In this document: one piece after another, positions 8,103 to 17,579 of the stretch
Position numbering within the stretch: the first letter of the stretch is position 1
Layout of the letters: every line of letters begins with the position of its first letter
Virus record (IMG/VR): IMGVR_UViG_3300035210_000190
Reading direction: 5' to 3' (one strand)
DNA from: a virus
Taxonomy: Duplodnaviria; Heunggongvirae; Uroviricota; Caudoviricetes
Length of the DNA: 64,000 nucleotides
The notes under the pieces: generated by a model
Seen by the model: the letters and a program-made list of their open reading frames with translations, nothing else
Database searches by the model: none
What the model was told of the DNA's origin: nothing
Program-made: the position numbers and the translations under genes

Positions 8103-8345
8103 ATGAAAACTCTTATTACAAAAAACGTTGCTGGTTCTGTTAGTGCAATGATCGATGTTGAAGATATGATTGCCGCATTGAAAGAACTGCCTGCCGGTTC
8201 AAAGCTATGTGTTCGACAAGAAGGTTTTTATGCTCTCGGTAAATTTGCTGACATCAACTTACCAGAAGCCATCACTGTAACGGATAAGGATACAAAAGAA
8301 CAAGTTGTCGTCTACTCCATCGGTGATAGTGATCAAAACTACTAA
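8103..8345 (+). CDS. hypothetical protein
   Basis: 80-aa ORF, AGGAGG SD. Confidence 0.85.
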   Translation: MKTLITKNVAGSVSAMIDVEDMIAALKELPAGSKLCVRQEGFYALGKFADINLPEAITVTDKDTKEQVVVYSIGDSDQNY

Positions 8346-8538
8346 TTCAAACATTATAAAAGAAGACAGCCAAGGCTGTCTTTTTTGTTTATATATTTAT
8401 TTTTATATAGTAATAGTAGCACTTTGATATACTAACTTATATAAAAAATAATTGACATCGTTGTACTCCGAGGTAAATTATTAATTAAGAGTTTGGTGTT
8501 AGACTAACTTGGAAGTTAATATTAATAACGGAGAATAC

Positions 8539-9021
8539 ATGTTTTCACTTATTATCTCGATCATTTCTATTGCTCTTATGGCTGCTTTATCGGTTGCAAC
8601 AATTGCTTATGGTTTTTATGCCTATAATAACAATTCTATTTATACAAAAACTGCTTACTTGTTAAACACTGCAAACACTATTGCTACAGCGGCTCTCTTT
8701 GCAAAAAATGAAGGTGTTTCCATGACTGGTATGAGTGTTGATAATGTGAGTAAACTTAAAGATGCCGCTTATTTAACACAAGTCCCTAACTATGAAAATG
8801 TTGACTTTGTAATTGATGCTGACGAATCGTTAGTTAAAATACAAGACTCCGCATTACTTTCACTGGATGTTTGCAAACAAATCATTGCTAATTATGATTC
8901 TCTTAAATTTGATACTGTTTCTACTATTCCTGATGATCCTGTTGATGGTCGTAAATATGGTTGCCATGTTGGTTCAAGTGGTTCTGGTTATTACACGTTT
9001 TATTATCGTATTGATAAATAA
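8539..9021 (+). CDS. pilin-like protein (leaderless MFSLII N-terminus)
   Basis: Hydrophobic N-terminal helix resembling a mature type IV pilin, amphipathic continuation, C-terminal Cys pair; GGAG SD. Confidence 0.6.
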   Translation: MFSLIISIISIALMAALSVATIAYGFYAYNNNSIYTKTAYLLNTANTIATAALFAKNEGVSMTGMSVDNVSKLKDAAYLTQVPNYENVDFVIDADESLVKIQDSALLSLDVCKQIIANYDSLKFDTVSTIPDDPVDGRKYGCHVGSSGSGYYTFYYRIDK

Positions 9022-9062
9022 TCAAGTCGAAAAAAAAGACTGTTTGAACAGTCTTCTTTTTT

Positions 9063-9473
9063 CTATTCGTCCATCTTGTCTTGGGCCATTGAAAGGCGTC
9101 TTCTAAATTCAAGTGGGTCAGCGATGTATTTTATCGGTGCATTACCATGACCAGTACCGGAAACAATAATTGTTCCAAAATTAAACATTCGGCCCATCAA
9201 GCCTTGATTCACTTGGATACTTTCAACTTTTTTCAAGTTTATTTCCACCGTATCTCTTTGGATAAATCCTTTTTTAGCAATCAATCGCTTGTTGGTGACA
9301 GCCAGTTCTGTACACTTTTTCTGAATGTAGACAATCACTAAAATCACAATTCCTACAAGAACAGGAATAAGGAGCACACCGAAAAAGATCTGCCAGAAGA
9401 AACCCCAGTTACTTAAACTTGCTTCATATTCAATTTTCTCACCATCCATCAAATTGTCGCTTACATAACTCAT
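9063..9473 (-). CDS. bacterial PH-domain membrane protein (bPH_2-like)
   Basis: MSYV..NL..GE, two TM segments, then ELAVTNKRLIAKKGFI.R.T.EI...KVESI.V.QG..GR.FNFGTI. Confidence 0.85.
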   Translation of the reverse strand: MSYVSDNLMDGEKIEYEASLSNWGFFWQIFFGVLLIPVLVGIVILVIVYIQKKCTELAVTNKRLIAKKGFIQRDTVEINLKKVESIQVNQGLMGRMFNFGTIIVSGTGHGNAPIKYIADPLEFRRRLSMAQDKMDE

Positions 9474-9625
9474 AGCATTCCTCCATTGTTCCACATAATA
9501 TATCAAATATTGATATTTTTTCAAGACATATTTTAGATTATTCTGTAAGTTTCCATTACAGATTAAAATGCTTGCTTAAAAATCTGTCTTTTGCTACTAT
9601 ACAACATCATTTAGAGGATAGTTAC

Positions 9626-9919
9626 ATGGAAAAGCACATGGCAAAAATTACTCGATTCAATTCTGGTTTAATTACTATTATTTTTATTTTGTTGACGCTA
9701 TGTTTATACCAAAGTAGCCGCTATACTGCTCATATGGCCTACCACATTTCACCTGACTACCTACCTTACTGGTTCCATGTCAGTATGATTTTGATGTTGT
9801 TTTCGATGCCCCTTGCGGTAGCCTCAGCAATGGTTTGTATTTGCTGGACGACACAGAAAGAGCCTTCAAGTAATCCAGAACCTGTTTCCGAAGAATTGAT
9901 TAATCGGTGGGAGCCATGA
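9626..9919 (+). CDS. hypothetical membrane protein (2 TM)
   Basis: Two hydrophobic segments; GAGGA SD. Confidence 0.7.
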   Translation: MEKHMAKITRFNSGLITIIFILLTLCLYQSSRYTAHMAYHISPDYLPYWFHVSMILMLFSMPLAVASAMVCICWTTQKEPSSNPEPVSEELINRWEP

Positions 9920-10122
9920 GAAGTCTTGTTGCTCAAATTATGGGGTGTTTACTGATGATGGGCATTTGTGCCTACAATTTCATCCGAGAACCTGTCCGAA
10001 GTGAATTTTCCGATCAGATGGTTTTTTGGAGCATAATCTCTTTTGTGTTAATTTTTTTCGCTTATGATGTATATAAGTCAAGTAAAGAATACGAAAAAGC
10101 AATTAACCAATTCATCAAATAA
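9916..10122 (+). CDS. hypothetical membrane protein (2 TM)
   Basis: ATGA overlap with upstream stop; two hydrophobic segments. Confidence 0.7.
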   Translation: MRSLVAQIMGCLLMMGICAYNFIREPVRSEFSDQMVFWSIISFVLIFFAYDVYKSSKEYEKAINQFIK

Positions 10123-10222
10123 AAATGTGTTTTTTGATGAGATAATGCTTGCCAGTAAATGTGCTTTTTGATATGATAGACACATCAAAACGAGATACCC
10201 AATCAAACATCGGAGATACACC

Positions 10223-10741
10223 ATGACCAAAGTTACCGCTCTCGAAACCGCAGTAATCGTGAACATCGTTGCTCTCGGCACTTCGTCGGTAAATGTTCAA
10301 ACCATTCCTACCGGCCCAGAAGCTGTAAAGCTCTCTCAGGTGAATGCAGTTCTCTTGAACCTGAAAGGCAAAGGACTGGTTTCCCGCGATGGCGACGTTG
10401 TTTCACTGACCCAAGCTGGTGTTGCTGTCCATGCTGAACTGTTCCCGGCTCAGAAAGACCTCGACACCCTGCGTCACGAAAGCAACTTGGAGCTGAACCG
10501 CCCAGCCAAGCCATCGTCGGCCCACGAGCTGAAACTCATCAATGAGCTGATTGAGCTTCGCACCAAGGCTCGCCGTCTGGCTGAGTCGGTGACTGAACTC
10601 GAAGCAGAAGTTATGCCGCGTAGCTTTTCTGACATGATTCGAGACATGTATCCAAGTGTTCACATTGTTGACATTAAATTGTCTGACATTGAGCCGATTG
10701 ACCTGCGTGGACTGCCAACCTCAGCCGTAGTGGTTGCGTAA
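10223..10741 (+). CDS. winged-helix DNA-binding-like protein with coiled coil
   Basis: VNAVLLNLKGKGLVSRDGDVVSLTQAG resembles wHTH recognition helix and wing; paralogue begins at 63966. Confidence 0.6.
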   Translation: MTKVTALETAVIVNIVALGTSSVNVQTIPTGPEAVKLSQVNAVLLNLKGKGLVSRDGDVVSLTQAGVAVHAELFPAQKDLDTLRHESNLELNRPAKPSSAHELKLINELIELRTKARRLAESVTELEAEVMPRSFSDMIRDMYPSVHIVDIKLSDIEPIDLRGLPTSAVVVA

Positions 10742-10759
10742 GCAAGACACTGCAAAATA

Positions 10760-10780
10760 AAGAGGCTTCGGCCTCTTTTT
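10760..10780 (+). terminator. repeated terminator AAGAGGCTTCGGCCTCTT, copy 1 of 5
   Basis: Identical 18-mer at 10760, 11121, 11890, 36463, 37273, each with T-tract. Confidence 0.9.
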
Positions 10781-10839
10781 GTATGTATCGTTAAATCTTT
10801 TCTGCTACTATTGGCAACTTATATTAATCAGGAGGCTTC

Positions 10840-11118
10840 ATGAAAAAGACATTTATTCTCGCACTTGCACTCGCTCTTTCTATGTCGGCAGGTTGTAATG
10901 CAGAAGAAACAAGTAACACTAACACACAAAGTAATAGTTCAGGCAAAAAGACTAGATCTGTTATTTGTTATTCAGGAACTTCAGTACCTTATCAACATGA
11001 TAATGTTATTTTGGTCGCTGGCATTACTGATACTGACATTTCAGCAAGAATTCAAGAAACTGATACTGGCATTAGTAGGCGGGTTCCTGTTTCGCAATGT
11101 TATTTTAAAGACAATTGA
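10840..11118 (+). CDS. putative lipoprotein
   Basis: MKK-hydrophobic-SAGC lipobox-like signal. Confidence 0.75.
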   Translation: MKKTFILALALALSMSAGCNAEETSNTNTQSNSSGKKTRSVICYSGTSVPYQHDNVILVAGITDTDISARIQETDTGISRRVPVSQCYFKDN

Positions 11119-11120
11119 GC

Positions 11121-11142
11121 AAGAGGCTTCGGCCTCTTTTTT
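11121..11142 (+). terminator. repeated terminator, copy 2 of 5
   Basis: AAGAGGCTTCGGCCTCTT plus T-tract. Confidence 0.9.
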
Positions 11143-11202
11143 GTTGTCATTAGAACCATTTTTTGATATAATTATTATCCACTCAATGAGACAGGTCACA
11201 TC

Positions 11203-11379
11203 ATGAGCCACTTTGAAGAAGAAGCCCATCCTGTCACTCGCTTTGCACTGTTCCCACGTCAGATTGCTGGTCAGTGGATTTGGTTGAAATCGTTTGTATC
11301 TGATCGTGTGCTTGTTCATGGGCGTATGGATGGCTGCAGCACTGACATTTATGAATATCAGAACCATCGGCTAGCCTAA
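11203..11379 (+). CDS. hypothetical protein (58 aa, not in ORF track)
   Basis: MSHFEEEAHPVTRFALFPRQIAGQWIWLKSF... after TGATATAAT promoter and AGGT SD. Confidence 0.7.
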   Translation: MSHFEEEAHPVTRFALFPRQIAGQWIWLKSFVSDRVLVHGRMDGCSTDIYEYQNHRLA

Positions 11380-11442
11380 AATAGTTGTGAAATGTCGTTT
11401 TTGATGATATAATCAACCCATCAAACATTCCGAGGATTTAAA

Positions 11443-11868
11443 ATGAAAGGTTTTGATTTTCACAAAAAAATGCAGTTTCTTGAACTCGTTGTTCGAGATC
11501 ATTGCAAGTCTATGCATATTTCTTTGGTTTGCTATGTCATGAACCCAAAGCGAGACAAAAAAAGCATGGTCGATTTTCATAATCTTTCGGCACTCAATGA
11601 TGGTTTTGAGCAAAGCCTGAAGTCAATCTTCCGTAAATATGGCCGCAACCTCGAAGGGAAGACTGGTGTTGATGTTGTTGTCACCAATGAAGAACTGAAT
11701 GCTTTTACAAAAGCATACTACCTTCAAAAAGATTTGCTCAAAAAAGAATTTGAAAATCTGCAACTTTTGGGCGTTTCTAACGAAGTTCTTGGACGCCTTG
11801 AAGTGGATATTGATGATTGGGCTAAATTCTATCGTGATTTCATCGAGGAAGCAAAATCGTTCAAGTAA
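11443..11868 (+). CDS. hypothetical protein
   Basis: 141-aa ORF, GAGGA SD. Confidence 0.85.
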   Translation: MKGFDFHKKMQFLELVVRDHCKSMHISLVCYVMNPKRDKKSMVDFHNLSALNDGFEQSLKSIFRKYGRNLEGKTGVDVVVTNEELNAFTKAYYLQKDLLKKEFENLQLLGVSNEVLGRLEVDIDDWAKFYRDFIEEAKSFK

Positions 11869-11889
11869 CAACAGTTTGACTTCACATAA

Positions 11890-11911
11890 AAGAGGCTTCG
11901 GCCTCTTTTTT
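11890..11911 (+). terminator. repeated terminator, copy 3 of 5
   Basis: AAGAGGCTTCGGCCTCTT plus T-tract. Confidence 0.9.
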
Positions 11912-12022
11912 ATTATCAATAAACTGTAAAATGATGAAAAACTGCTTTACATGATAGCTCGATTTCGATATACTTATCCCATCAAAACGAAACACCACAA
12001 TCAAACAGTTAGGAGATACACC

Positions 12023-12154
12023 ATGCAAGGTTCTTTCGGTGAAGCCACAGAGCGTTTTCGCGGTAAGCAACAAGACACTTCGAAGTCCAAAGAAAATCGC
12101 AAGGAACGTAACTTCCGTGATAAACGGCGGAACCGTCACCAAGACGCAGAGTAA
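12023..12154 (+). CDS. 43-aa basic peptide, MQGS family copy 2
   Basis: MQGSFGEATERFRGKQQDTSKSKENRKERNFRDKRRNRHQDAE; AGGAG SD; TTTACA-17-TATACT promoter. Confidence 0.9.
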   Translation: MQGSFGEATERFRGKQQDTSKSKENRKERNFRDKRRNRHQDAE

Positions 12155-12208
12155 TCGACAAAAGAAAAAGCCCTAGTGATAGGGCTTTTTTGTTTCTTCT
12201 TTTTAATC

Positions 12209-12820
12209 TTATAGTGCTGTGCGACAAACTTTACTTATTGTATATGAACCATAGTTTGCGGTTAAAACACCTTTGGTGTATTTGTAAGCTCCAACTACTT
12301 TTTGAGTAGATGCAAAATCGCCACCACTATAAACCAATACGCCATTTGATGTTATATTTAACAATGAATAAGCCGGTGAACCTGCTACCCAAGTTGAGTT
12401 TGGAATATCACATTCTTCTGGTGATTTAGTACCAACCGCAGATCTAGTTATTGTTTGATTACTCAATGTTCTGTTTTCATTTTTTACAGGGCCGACAGGT
12501 CTATATTCATGACTTACATTGTTTTGTTCTCTTTCCTGCACTGTTCTGGTTTGCACTTGTGTACACCCAGTAGCTGATTGCTCAAATGCCACTCCAATAT
12601 TTTTTGTACTTGGGTCAGGCGTCCATGCAGAACAACCTGTTGGCGACCCTACATTTGTCCATTCACTTACTAATGGATCAGAATTTAACCACTTACTTAC
12701 GAACTTGATGTTATCTCCATTAATTTGCTTATCACCGTATATAACTTGGTAACTTGCGTTTGCATTAGCCATTATGCCTAGCAAAGCAAATGGCAAGATC
12801 ATTAAACTTATTTTTTTCAT
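12209..12820 (-). CDS. exported protein with TSP1-like W/C module
   Basis: Signal peptide ending ANA; SEWTN....GCSAW.P...C.Q.Q.RT; tandem paralogue at 12868. Confidence 0.8.
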   Translation of the reverse strand: MKKISLMILPFALLGIMANANASYQVIYGDKQINGDNIKFVSKWLNSDPLVSEWTNVGSPTGCSAWTPDPSTKNIGVAFEQSATGCTQVQTRTVQEREQNNVSHEYRPVGPVKNENRTLSNQTITRSAVGTKSPEECDIPNSTWVAGSPAYSLLNITSNGVLVYSGGDFASTQKVVGAYKYTKGVLTANYGSYTISKVCRTAL

Positions 12821-12867
12821 ATCTTTACTCATTATTATTATTAATTTAAAACTTATTATACATTGTA

Positions 12868-13491
12868 TTATATTGGAACTCTACAAACGCTATGGAATGT
12901 GTAATAACCTAAGTTAGCAGTTTGAGCACCTTTGGTATATTTATATCCATTATAAGTATATTCTGTTAAGTAAATATTTCCAACATCAGGGAATACTTTT
13001 ACATTATCCCACATAACATACATAATACCGAATGAAGGTGTGCCATTAACCCAGCGTGTATTTTGATCTTTCGAACATTCGTCCATTACCTTTGTTCCAT
13101 TTGCAGATCGGGTCATTGTCTGGTTAGTGAGCGTTTGCGTTTCATTTATTGGACTTCCAATAGGTCGGAAGTCTAGTGTATAATCATTTTGCTCTCTGTT
13201 TTGAGTTGTTCTTGTTTGTTCTTGTGTACAGTTATTGGCGGTTTGGTTAAACGTAGTGCCAATAGCTACTGTGCTTGGATCTGGTGCCCAGTTTGAACAA
13301 CCCGTAGCAGAACCAACATTCGTCCAGTCTGATATTGCTGGAGATGCTTTTATCCATTTACCTTTTTTTACAAACGTAATGTTATCGCCATTGATTTGTT
13401 TCTCTCCATATATAGCAGTATATGAAGCATTTGCTGTTAATACAGTGCTGGCTAATAGAGCACTTGCTAACATGAGTATTGAATTTTTCAT
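12868..13491 (-). CDS. exported protein with TSP1-like W/C module
   Basis: Signal peptide ending ANA; SDWTN....GCSNW.P...C.QEQ.RT; C-terminal YKYTKG...VCR. Confidence 0.8.
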   Translation of the reverse strand: MKNSILMLASALLASTVLTANASYTAIYGEKQINGDNITFVKKGKWIKASPAISDWTNVGSATGCSNWAPDPSTVAIGTTFNQTANNCTQEQTRTTQNREQNDYTLDFRPIGSPINETQTLTNQTMTRSANGTKVMDECSKDQNTRWVNGTPSFGIMYVMWDNVKVFPDVGNIYLTEYTYNGYKYTKGAQTANLGYYTFHSVCRVPI

Positions 13492-13783
13492 ATTAATATT
13501 ATTATTATTGTCTTAGTATAAATTTAACATATTTTAAATAAAATCAAATCTAAAAACGTACAATTAAGACTTAATATATAAGGTTTTATATTAAAATTAC
13601 TTATTATTGTTTGATATTGTTTTTTATAAAGTTGTTTATTTAATGAATATTAAAAACACAACAAATTAAATATGAAAGTCTATAAAATTTTTTATAAAAT
13701 TTTGATATATTTTATAAAAAGCTTTCATTTTAGAGGTTTTCTTGCTATAATTTGGTTACTTTATTGAGGTTGGAGCTTTCATC

Positions 13784-13888
13784 ATGTGTGATAAATGCAA
13801 AGTCTGCAAAAAAGACAACAAAGATGACACCAAGCAGGTTGCTGAAAAACCTTCTGGTGAGGTGTCTGTTATCGTTAAATCGAAATAA
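13784..13888 (+). CDS. small Cys-containing peptide (34 aa, not in ORF track)
   Basis: MCDKCKVCKK... after GAGGTTGGAG SD. Confidence 0.6.
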   Translation: MCDKCKVCKKDNKDDTKQVAEKPSGEVSVIVKSK

Positions 13889-13899
13889 GTAATTATTCC

Positions 13900-14091
13900 A
13901 TGAACCAGTTAATGCCAGAAGAACCTTCGATTGATTATGCAATGGATCAAATGTCCATTGATGAAGCGATTTCTTACCTGCAGTCTTTGAAAGCCCGTTT
14001 TAATGAACAGCAGTGTGTACTCTCGTATGACTGTGTTGATGATATTACAGGTGCTTCCGCACTCAATCTTTATGCGGTTGACAAAAAGTAA
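13900..14091 (+). CDS. hypothetical protein
   Basis: 63-aa co-oriented ORF. Confidence 0.7.
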   Translation: MNQLMPEEPSIDYAMDQMSIDEAISYLQSLKARFNEQQCVLSYDCVDDITGASALNLYAVDKK

Positions 14092-14188
14092 TATTGTAAC
14101 AAAATAATTGAACTGCTTCGGCGGTTTTTTGTTGCATGACCGTTCAATATTGTTTATAATTGTTGTAATTAATCAGAGAGATATGTAA

Positions 14189-14392
14189 ATGATCGCGTGT
14201 AGTTGTCCAAAATGTAGCACCTATGGTAATGCTTCTTATTGTATCAATGACATCATTGATGATGGCCGTAAAAAAGCTGAAATTTATGACAAACAATCCA
14301 TGTTCTGGTTAAATTTTGCTATCTGGTCAGCCGGTATTGTTTTGGCACTGCCACTCATTATTGGCATTCTTCAAGTTGTCACTAAGGGCTGA
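14189..14392 (+). CDS. small membrane protein with N-terminal CxCxxC
   Basis: C-terminal hydrophobic helix; GAGAG SD. Confidence 0.75.
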   Translation: MIACSCPKCSTYGNASYCINDIIDDGRKKAEIYDKQSMFWLNFAIWSAGIVLALPLIIGILQVVTKG

Positions 14393-14432
14393 ACAGTATT
14401 TCAAACAAGAAAGGAACCATCGGGTTCCTTTT

Positions 14433-15134
14433 TTATTGTATGTTTATCATGGCAATCAGTAACTTATCTTCTTCTGTTAAATCTTCTAATGTCTTTATTT
14501 CATTTTCTTTAAGGTAGTTAAAATATTGATGCTTGTTGTATTTAATGCCACCCATACTTATATGATCGTTTTCTACTCTAATCCCATTTTTTTCAAGTGA
14601 TGTAAGTTCAAATTCATTATTATATGTATAGCTGTATTCAAAATATAAATCAGTACAACTGTCGAATAGATACAATGCTTTAAATTCATTATCGTTTATA
14701 TATGACTGCTTAATAATTGGCCTATATATTTTTCTGTAACTGTTAAGTTTAGAAACAAAGCCTAATCCAAAAATAAGGATAGCTGTTATATTTAAAACAT
14801 GCCCAACTATACTATGAGTCTCGTAGTTTGAGGCATAGAACATCATTGTGTAGATCAAACCAAGTATTATTAGATATTTAAACCCTTCTGGCATAAATAT
14901 GGTTCTTTTTTTATAGTTCCACTTCGAATAGTTTGTGTTGTAGTAACTTAGTATGCCTACCATCACAAACATAGCGATGATGTCCAATGTAATATAAGTT
15001 GCCAATACTTTTTCTAGTGGTGTATTAAAGTTGTAAATAGCCATAATAGACAACATCAGATAAAATGATGCGACTATTATTCTATTGCTATATATGCCTT
15101 CTTTTAATGTTTTAAAGTAATTTTTCATTTGCAT
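14433..15134 (-). CDS. AT-rich multi-pass membrane protein
   Basis: Four hydrophobic segments in N-terminal half; opposite strand to neighbours. Confidence 0.75.
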   Translation of the reverse strand: MQMKNYFKTLKEGIYSNRIIVASFYLMLSIMAIYNFNTPLEKVLATYITLDIIAMFVMVGILSYYNTNYSKWNYKKRTIFMPEGFKYLIILGLIYTMMFYASNYETHSIVGHVLNITAILIFGLGFVSKLNSYRKIYRPIIKQSYINDNEFKALYLFDSCTDLYFEYSYTYNNEFELTSLEKNGIRVENDHISMGGIKYNKHQYFNYLKENEIKTLEDLTEEDKLLIAMINIQ

Positions 15135-15251
15135 TCCTTTCTGTGCTCATATCATTACATTTATTTTTTATTTTTCAACTTTTTTGATTATAAATCTTAC
15201 ATTTTTTGTTTAATTATGATAGAATACACATAATTATTTCAGAGGTGGTTT

Positions 15252-15533
15252 ATGGAAAAGCTGAAGGCCGTTGGCACCTTTCTATTTGTGATATCCCTTA
15301 AAAAAATAATTAACTATTGGAGAGCTTTCATGGTGATGTTGAAGAAAATTTTTAGTTTTATTGGTTACGGACTGATTTGTTTGGTTTTCTTGGTAGTCGT
15401 TGTCGGCTTATTGATTGCTTCACAAGATCGAATGGACACCTGTTTGAAACAAGAATCAACGTCTTATTGTGTCATGACCCAGCAAAAGTTTGTATTCTGG
15501 GATATGGTCAATCCGTTGTCTGATAAAAAATAA
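15252..15533 (+). CDS. hypothetical membrane protein
   Basis: Central hydrophobic helix; GAGGTGG SD. Confidence 0.75.
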   Translation: MEKLKAVGTFLFVISLKKIINYWRAFMVMLKKIFSFIGYGLICLVFLVVVVGLLIASQDRMDTCLKQESTSYCVMTQQKFVFWDMVNPLSDKK

Positions 15534-15551
15534 TCTAGTCGAGAAAAACTT

Positions 15552-15920
15552 ATGAACATTGTCGTTAGTCAAAAAAATAAACCATGTCCATTGCCAGTTG
15601 AGACTGACCGTTCTAATCACAATGTTGTGGCTGAATATGGTGATATTTACAGCAAAGATGAGATAGCACTTGCCAAACAAAAACTTATTCAAGCACGAAA
15701 TGTAGTTGTTAATAGAAATCATTTCTTCTTGACGATGGCAATGCAAATTTTGTTTGCTGATGCATCAAGCTGGCTGAAAACCTATTCAATGGCGGGCACT
15801 CATTTCTATTTCAATACTGGGTATGTTTTCAATACCCATGCTGATGAACTGGCCGACTTTTTTGAAGAAGAACTTAAGTGTTATGCTCTTAATTTTCTTG
15901 CAATGAAAACTGTTTTTTGA
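15552..15920 (+). CDS. hypothetical protein
   Basis: 122-aa co-oriented ORF. Confidence 0.75.
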   Translation: MNIVVSQKNKPCPLPVETDRSNHNVVAEYGDIYSKDEIALAKQKLIQARNVVVNRNHFFLTMAMQILFADASSWLKTYSMAGTHFYFNTGYVFNTHADELADFFEEELKCYALNFLAMKTVF

Positions 15921-15962
15921 TAGAATAGCTCCATCAACTCAATGACACAAAGGAAATACATC

Positions 15963-16316
15963 ATGGCCCAAGCTAAGAACCTGCCTAACCTGCCAGTTAA
16001 AAAATTCGCTCTGGCTCTCTGCAGCAAGAATGTTTGGGGTGTCATCACCTCCGACCAGCCAAAAGAAATCACCTTTGGTGATGGTTCTACCAGCACTTGC
16101 CATACCGGTTTTGCTTGCCGTGGCACTGTCATCGCAGGTTGGGGTGAAAAGGAAGGCACTACTGTCATCAAGCAAGAAGGTGACTTGTGGGCCTCCCGTA
16201 ACCCACACGTTGTAGCCTACTTGGGCGACTTCGATGGAGCTGACCTGAACGACCCACTGGTTCTGGCTGAAATCTTGGCTTATGGCCGTCACAAACTGTC
16301 TTGCATGAACCTGTAA
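15963..16316 (+). CDS. hypothetical protein
   Basis: AAGGA SD; followed by CCACC-TTCG-GGTGG terminator near 16341-16364. Confidence 0.8.
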   Translation: MAQAKNLPNLPVKKFALALCSKNVWGVITSDQPKEITFGDGSTSTCHTGFACRGTVIAGWGEKEGTTVIKQEGDLWASRNPHVVAYLGDFDGADLNDPLVLAEILAYGRHKLSCMNL

Positions 16317-16420
16317 TAAGGCTCCCTCAGTAGACAAAAAAGGCCACCTTCGGGTGGCTTTTTCTTTACCTAACACTTTGATTGTGGTATAATCTATTAT
16401 CAATTAGAGAGGTTTTAACA

Positions 16421-17065
16421 ATGGCTCTTACTCCAGCAGAAATCAACATCAAAAATCACATCATCCAATTTCCTGACTTGTTTCAAAGTCGTTTTTCGGT
16501 GTTGAAATTTGTCTTGTTGAGCGATCCAGAATCGTGCTGGGCACAAGATGGCATTATTTACTCTCGGCATATTTCGACCCAAGATGTTACCAATCCTAAA
16601 CTGAACACCAGTCACCTACCGGATGTTCCAGTAGAGTTGTCGGCTCTTTGTGCTGCTCATCTTACGCCGATGCAAATTTATCGTGAGATTGAACTGGCTA
16701 AATATCTGGTTATTGAAAAGCATTTGGATACCATCGTTAAGGTTGAGATGCCTGACGAAAAGGCTATGTCTGCTGCTGATGTTCGTCAAATTAATGAATA
16801 CTCGTTGATCTTCCAAGTGCCTGACAATGTTGAAGACAGTTGGCGTGTAGCAGTTCGTGAAGTCTTGCAGGCAGCGATTATTGCCACCAAGCAGGAATAT
16901 TGCAATCATCGCTGTGATGGCTCTCAGGCTGACCACTGGGTCTACCCATTTGCTTTTACAACCTACCATAAGCTGTTGAGTGAACAGAAACGATTTATGC
17001 CTAAATTAAACATTTCACCAGAAACTGCAGAAAAACTGAAACAACTTCGAGGATTGTTAGGTTAA
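16421..17065 (+). CDS. hypothetical protein
   Basis: GAGG SD, TGGTATAAT promoter. Confidence 0.85.
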   Translation: MALTPAEINIKNHIIQFPDLFQSRFSVLKFVLLSDPESCWAQDGIIYSRHISTQDVTNPKLNTSHLPDVPVELSALCAAHLTPMQIYREIELAKYLVIEKHLDTIVKVEMPDEKAMSAADVRQINEYSLIFQVPDNVEDSWRVAVREVLQAAIIATKQEYCNHRCDGSQADHWVYPFAFTTYHKLLSEQKRFMPKLNISPETAEKLKQLRGLLG

Positions 17066-17149
17066 ATGTAGATAACTGCAATAAATAGCTTGTTCAAAAA
17101 GGCATGTTTATTATATAATGGCTACACACAAACCGATGAGGCAACAACC

Positions 17150-17437
17150 ATGATTACGCCTTCTTATCTTAAACGTCCAGTCGTGATAATGAAAGTTCGT
17201 GCAGCCGTTGTGGAAGCCACGAAAGCGGCTGTTGATACCGATGGTCATGGTCGAGCCTACATCACCGATTATGAAGACAATAACATCATGCGGTTGGATG
17301 TCTTTGTGCCGGGAAATAATGATTTATTCCCTGCTGGTGGTGTGATTGTCTATGGTGAAGGGTCTAAGCAAATTACCAGCATGGTCGAAGAGGCCACTGG
17401 CAAGCCATTCAGTGAGTTGTTGGACTTTTCAGTTTAA
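17150..17437 (+). CDS. hypothetical protein
   Basis: GAGG SD; ends before terminator near 17460. Confidence 0.8.
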   Translation: MITPSYLKRPVVIMKVRAAVVEATKAAVDTDGHGRAYITDYEDNNIMRLDVFVPGNNDLFPAGGVIVYGEGSKQITSMVEEATGKPFSELLDFSV

Positions 17438-17579
17438 TTAAATTCCAACTTATTAACTAAAAAGAGCCTTGATGGCTCTTTTTCTGTTTTTCATTATATT
17501 TATTGTAAATAATCCATAATATAGTTGATTTAATCACATTATCAGTTATAGTTATTCTGAGTATAATAGTGAGTGATTT

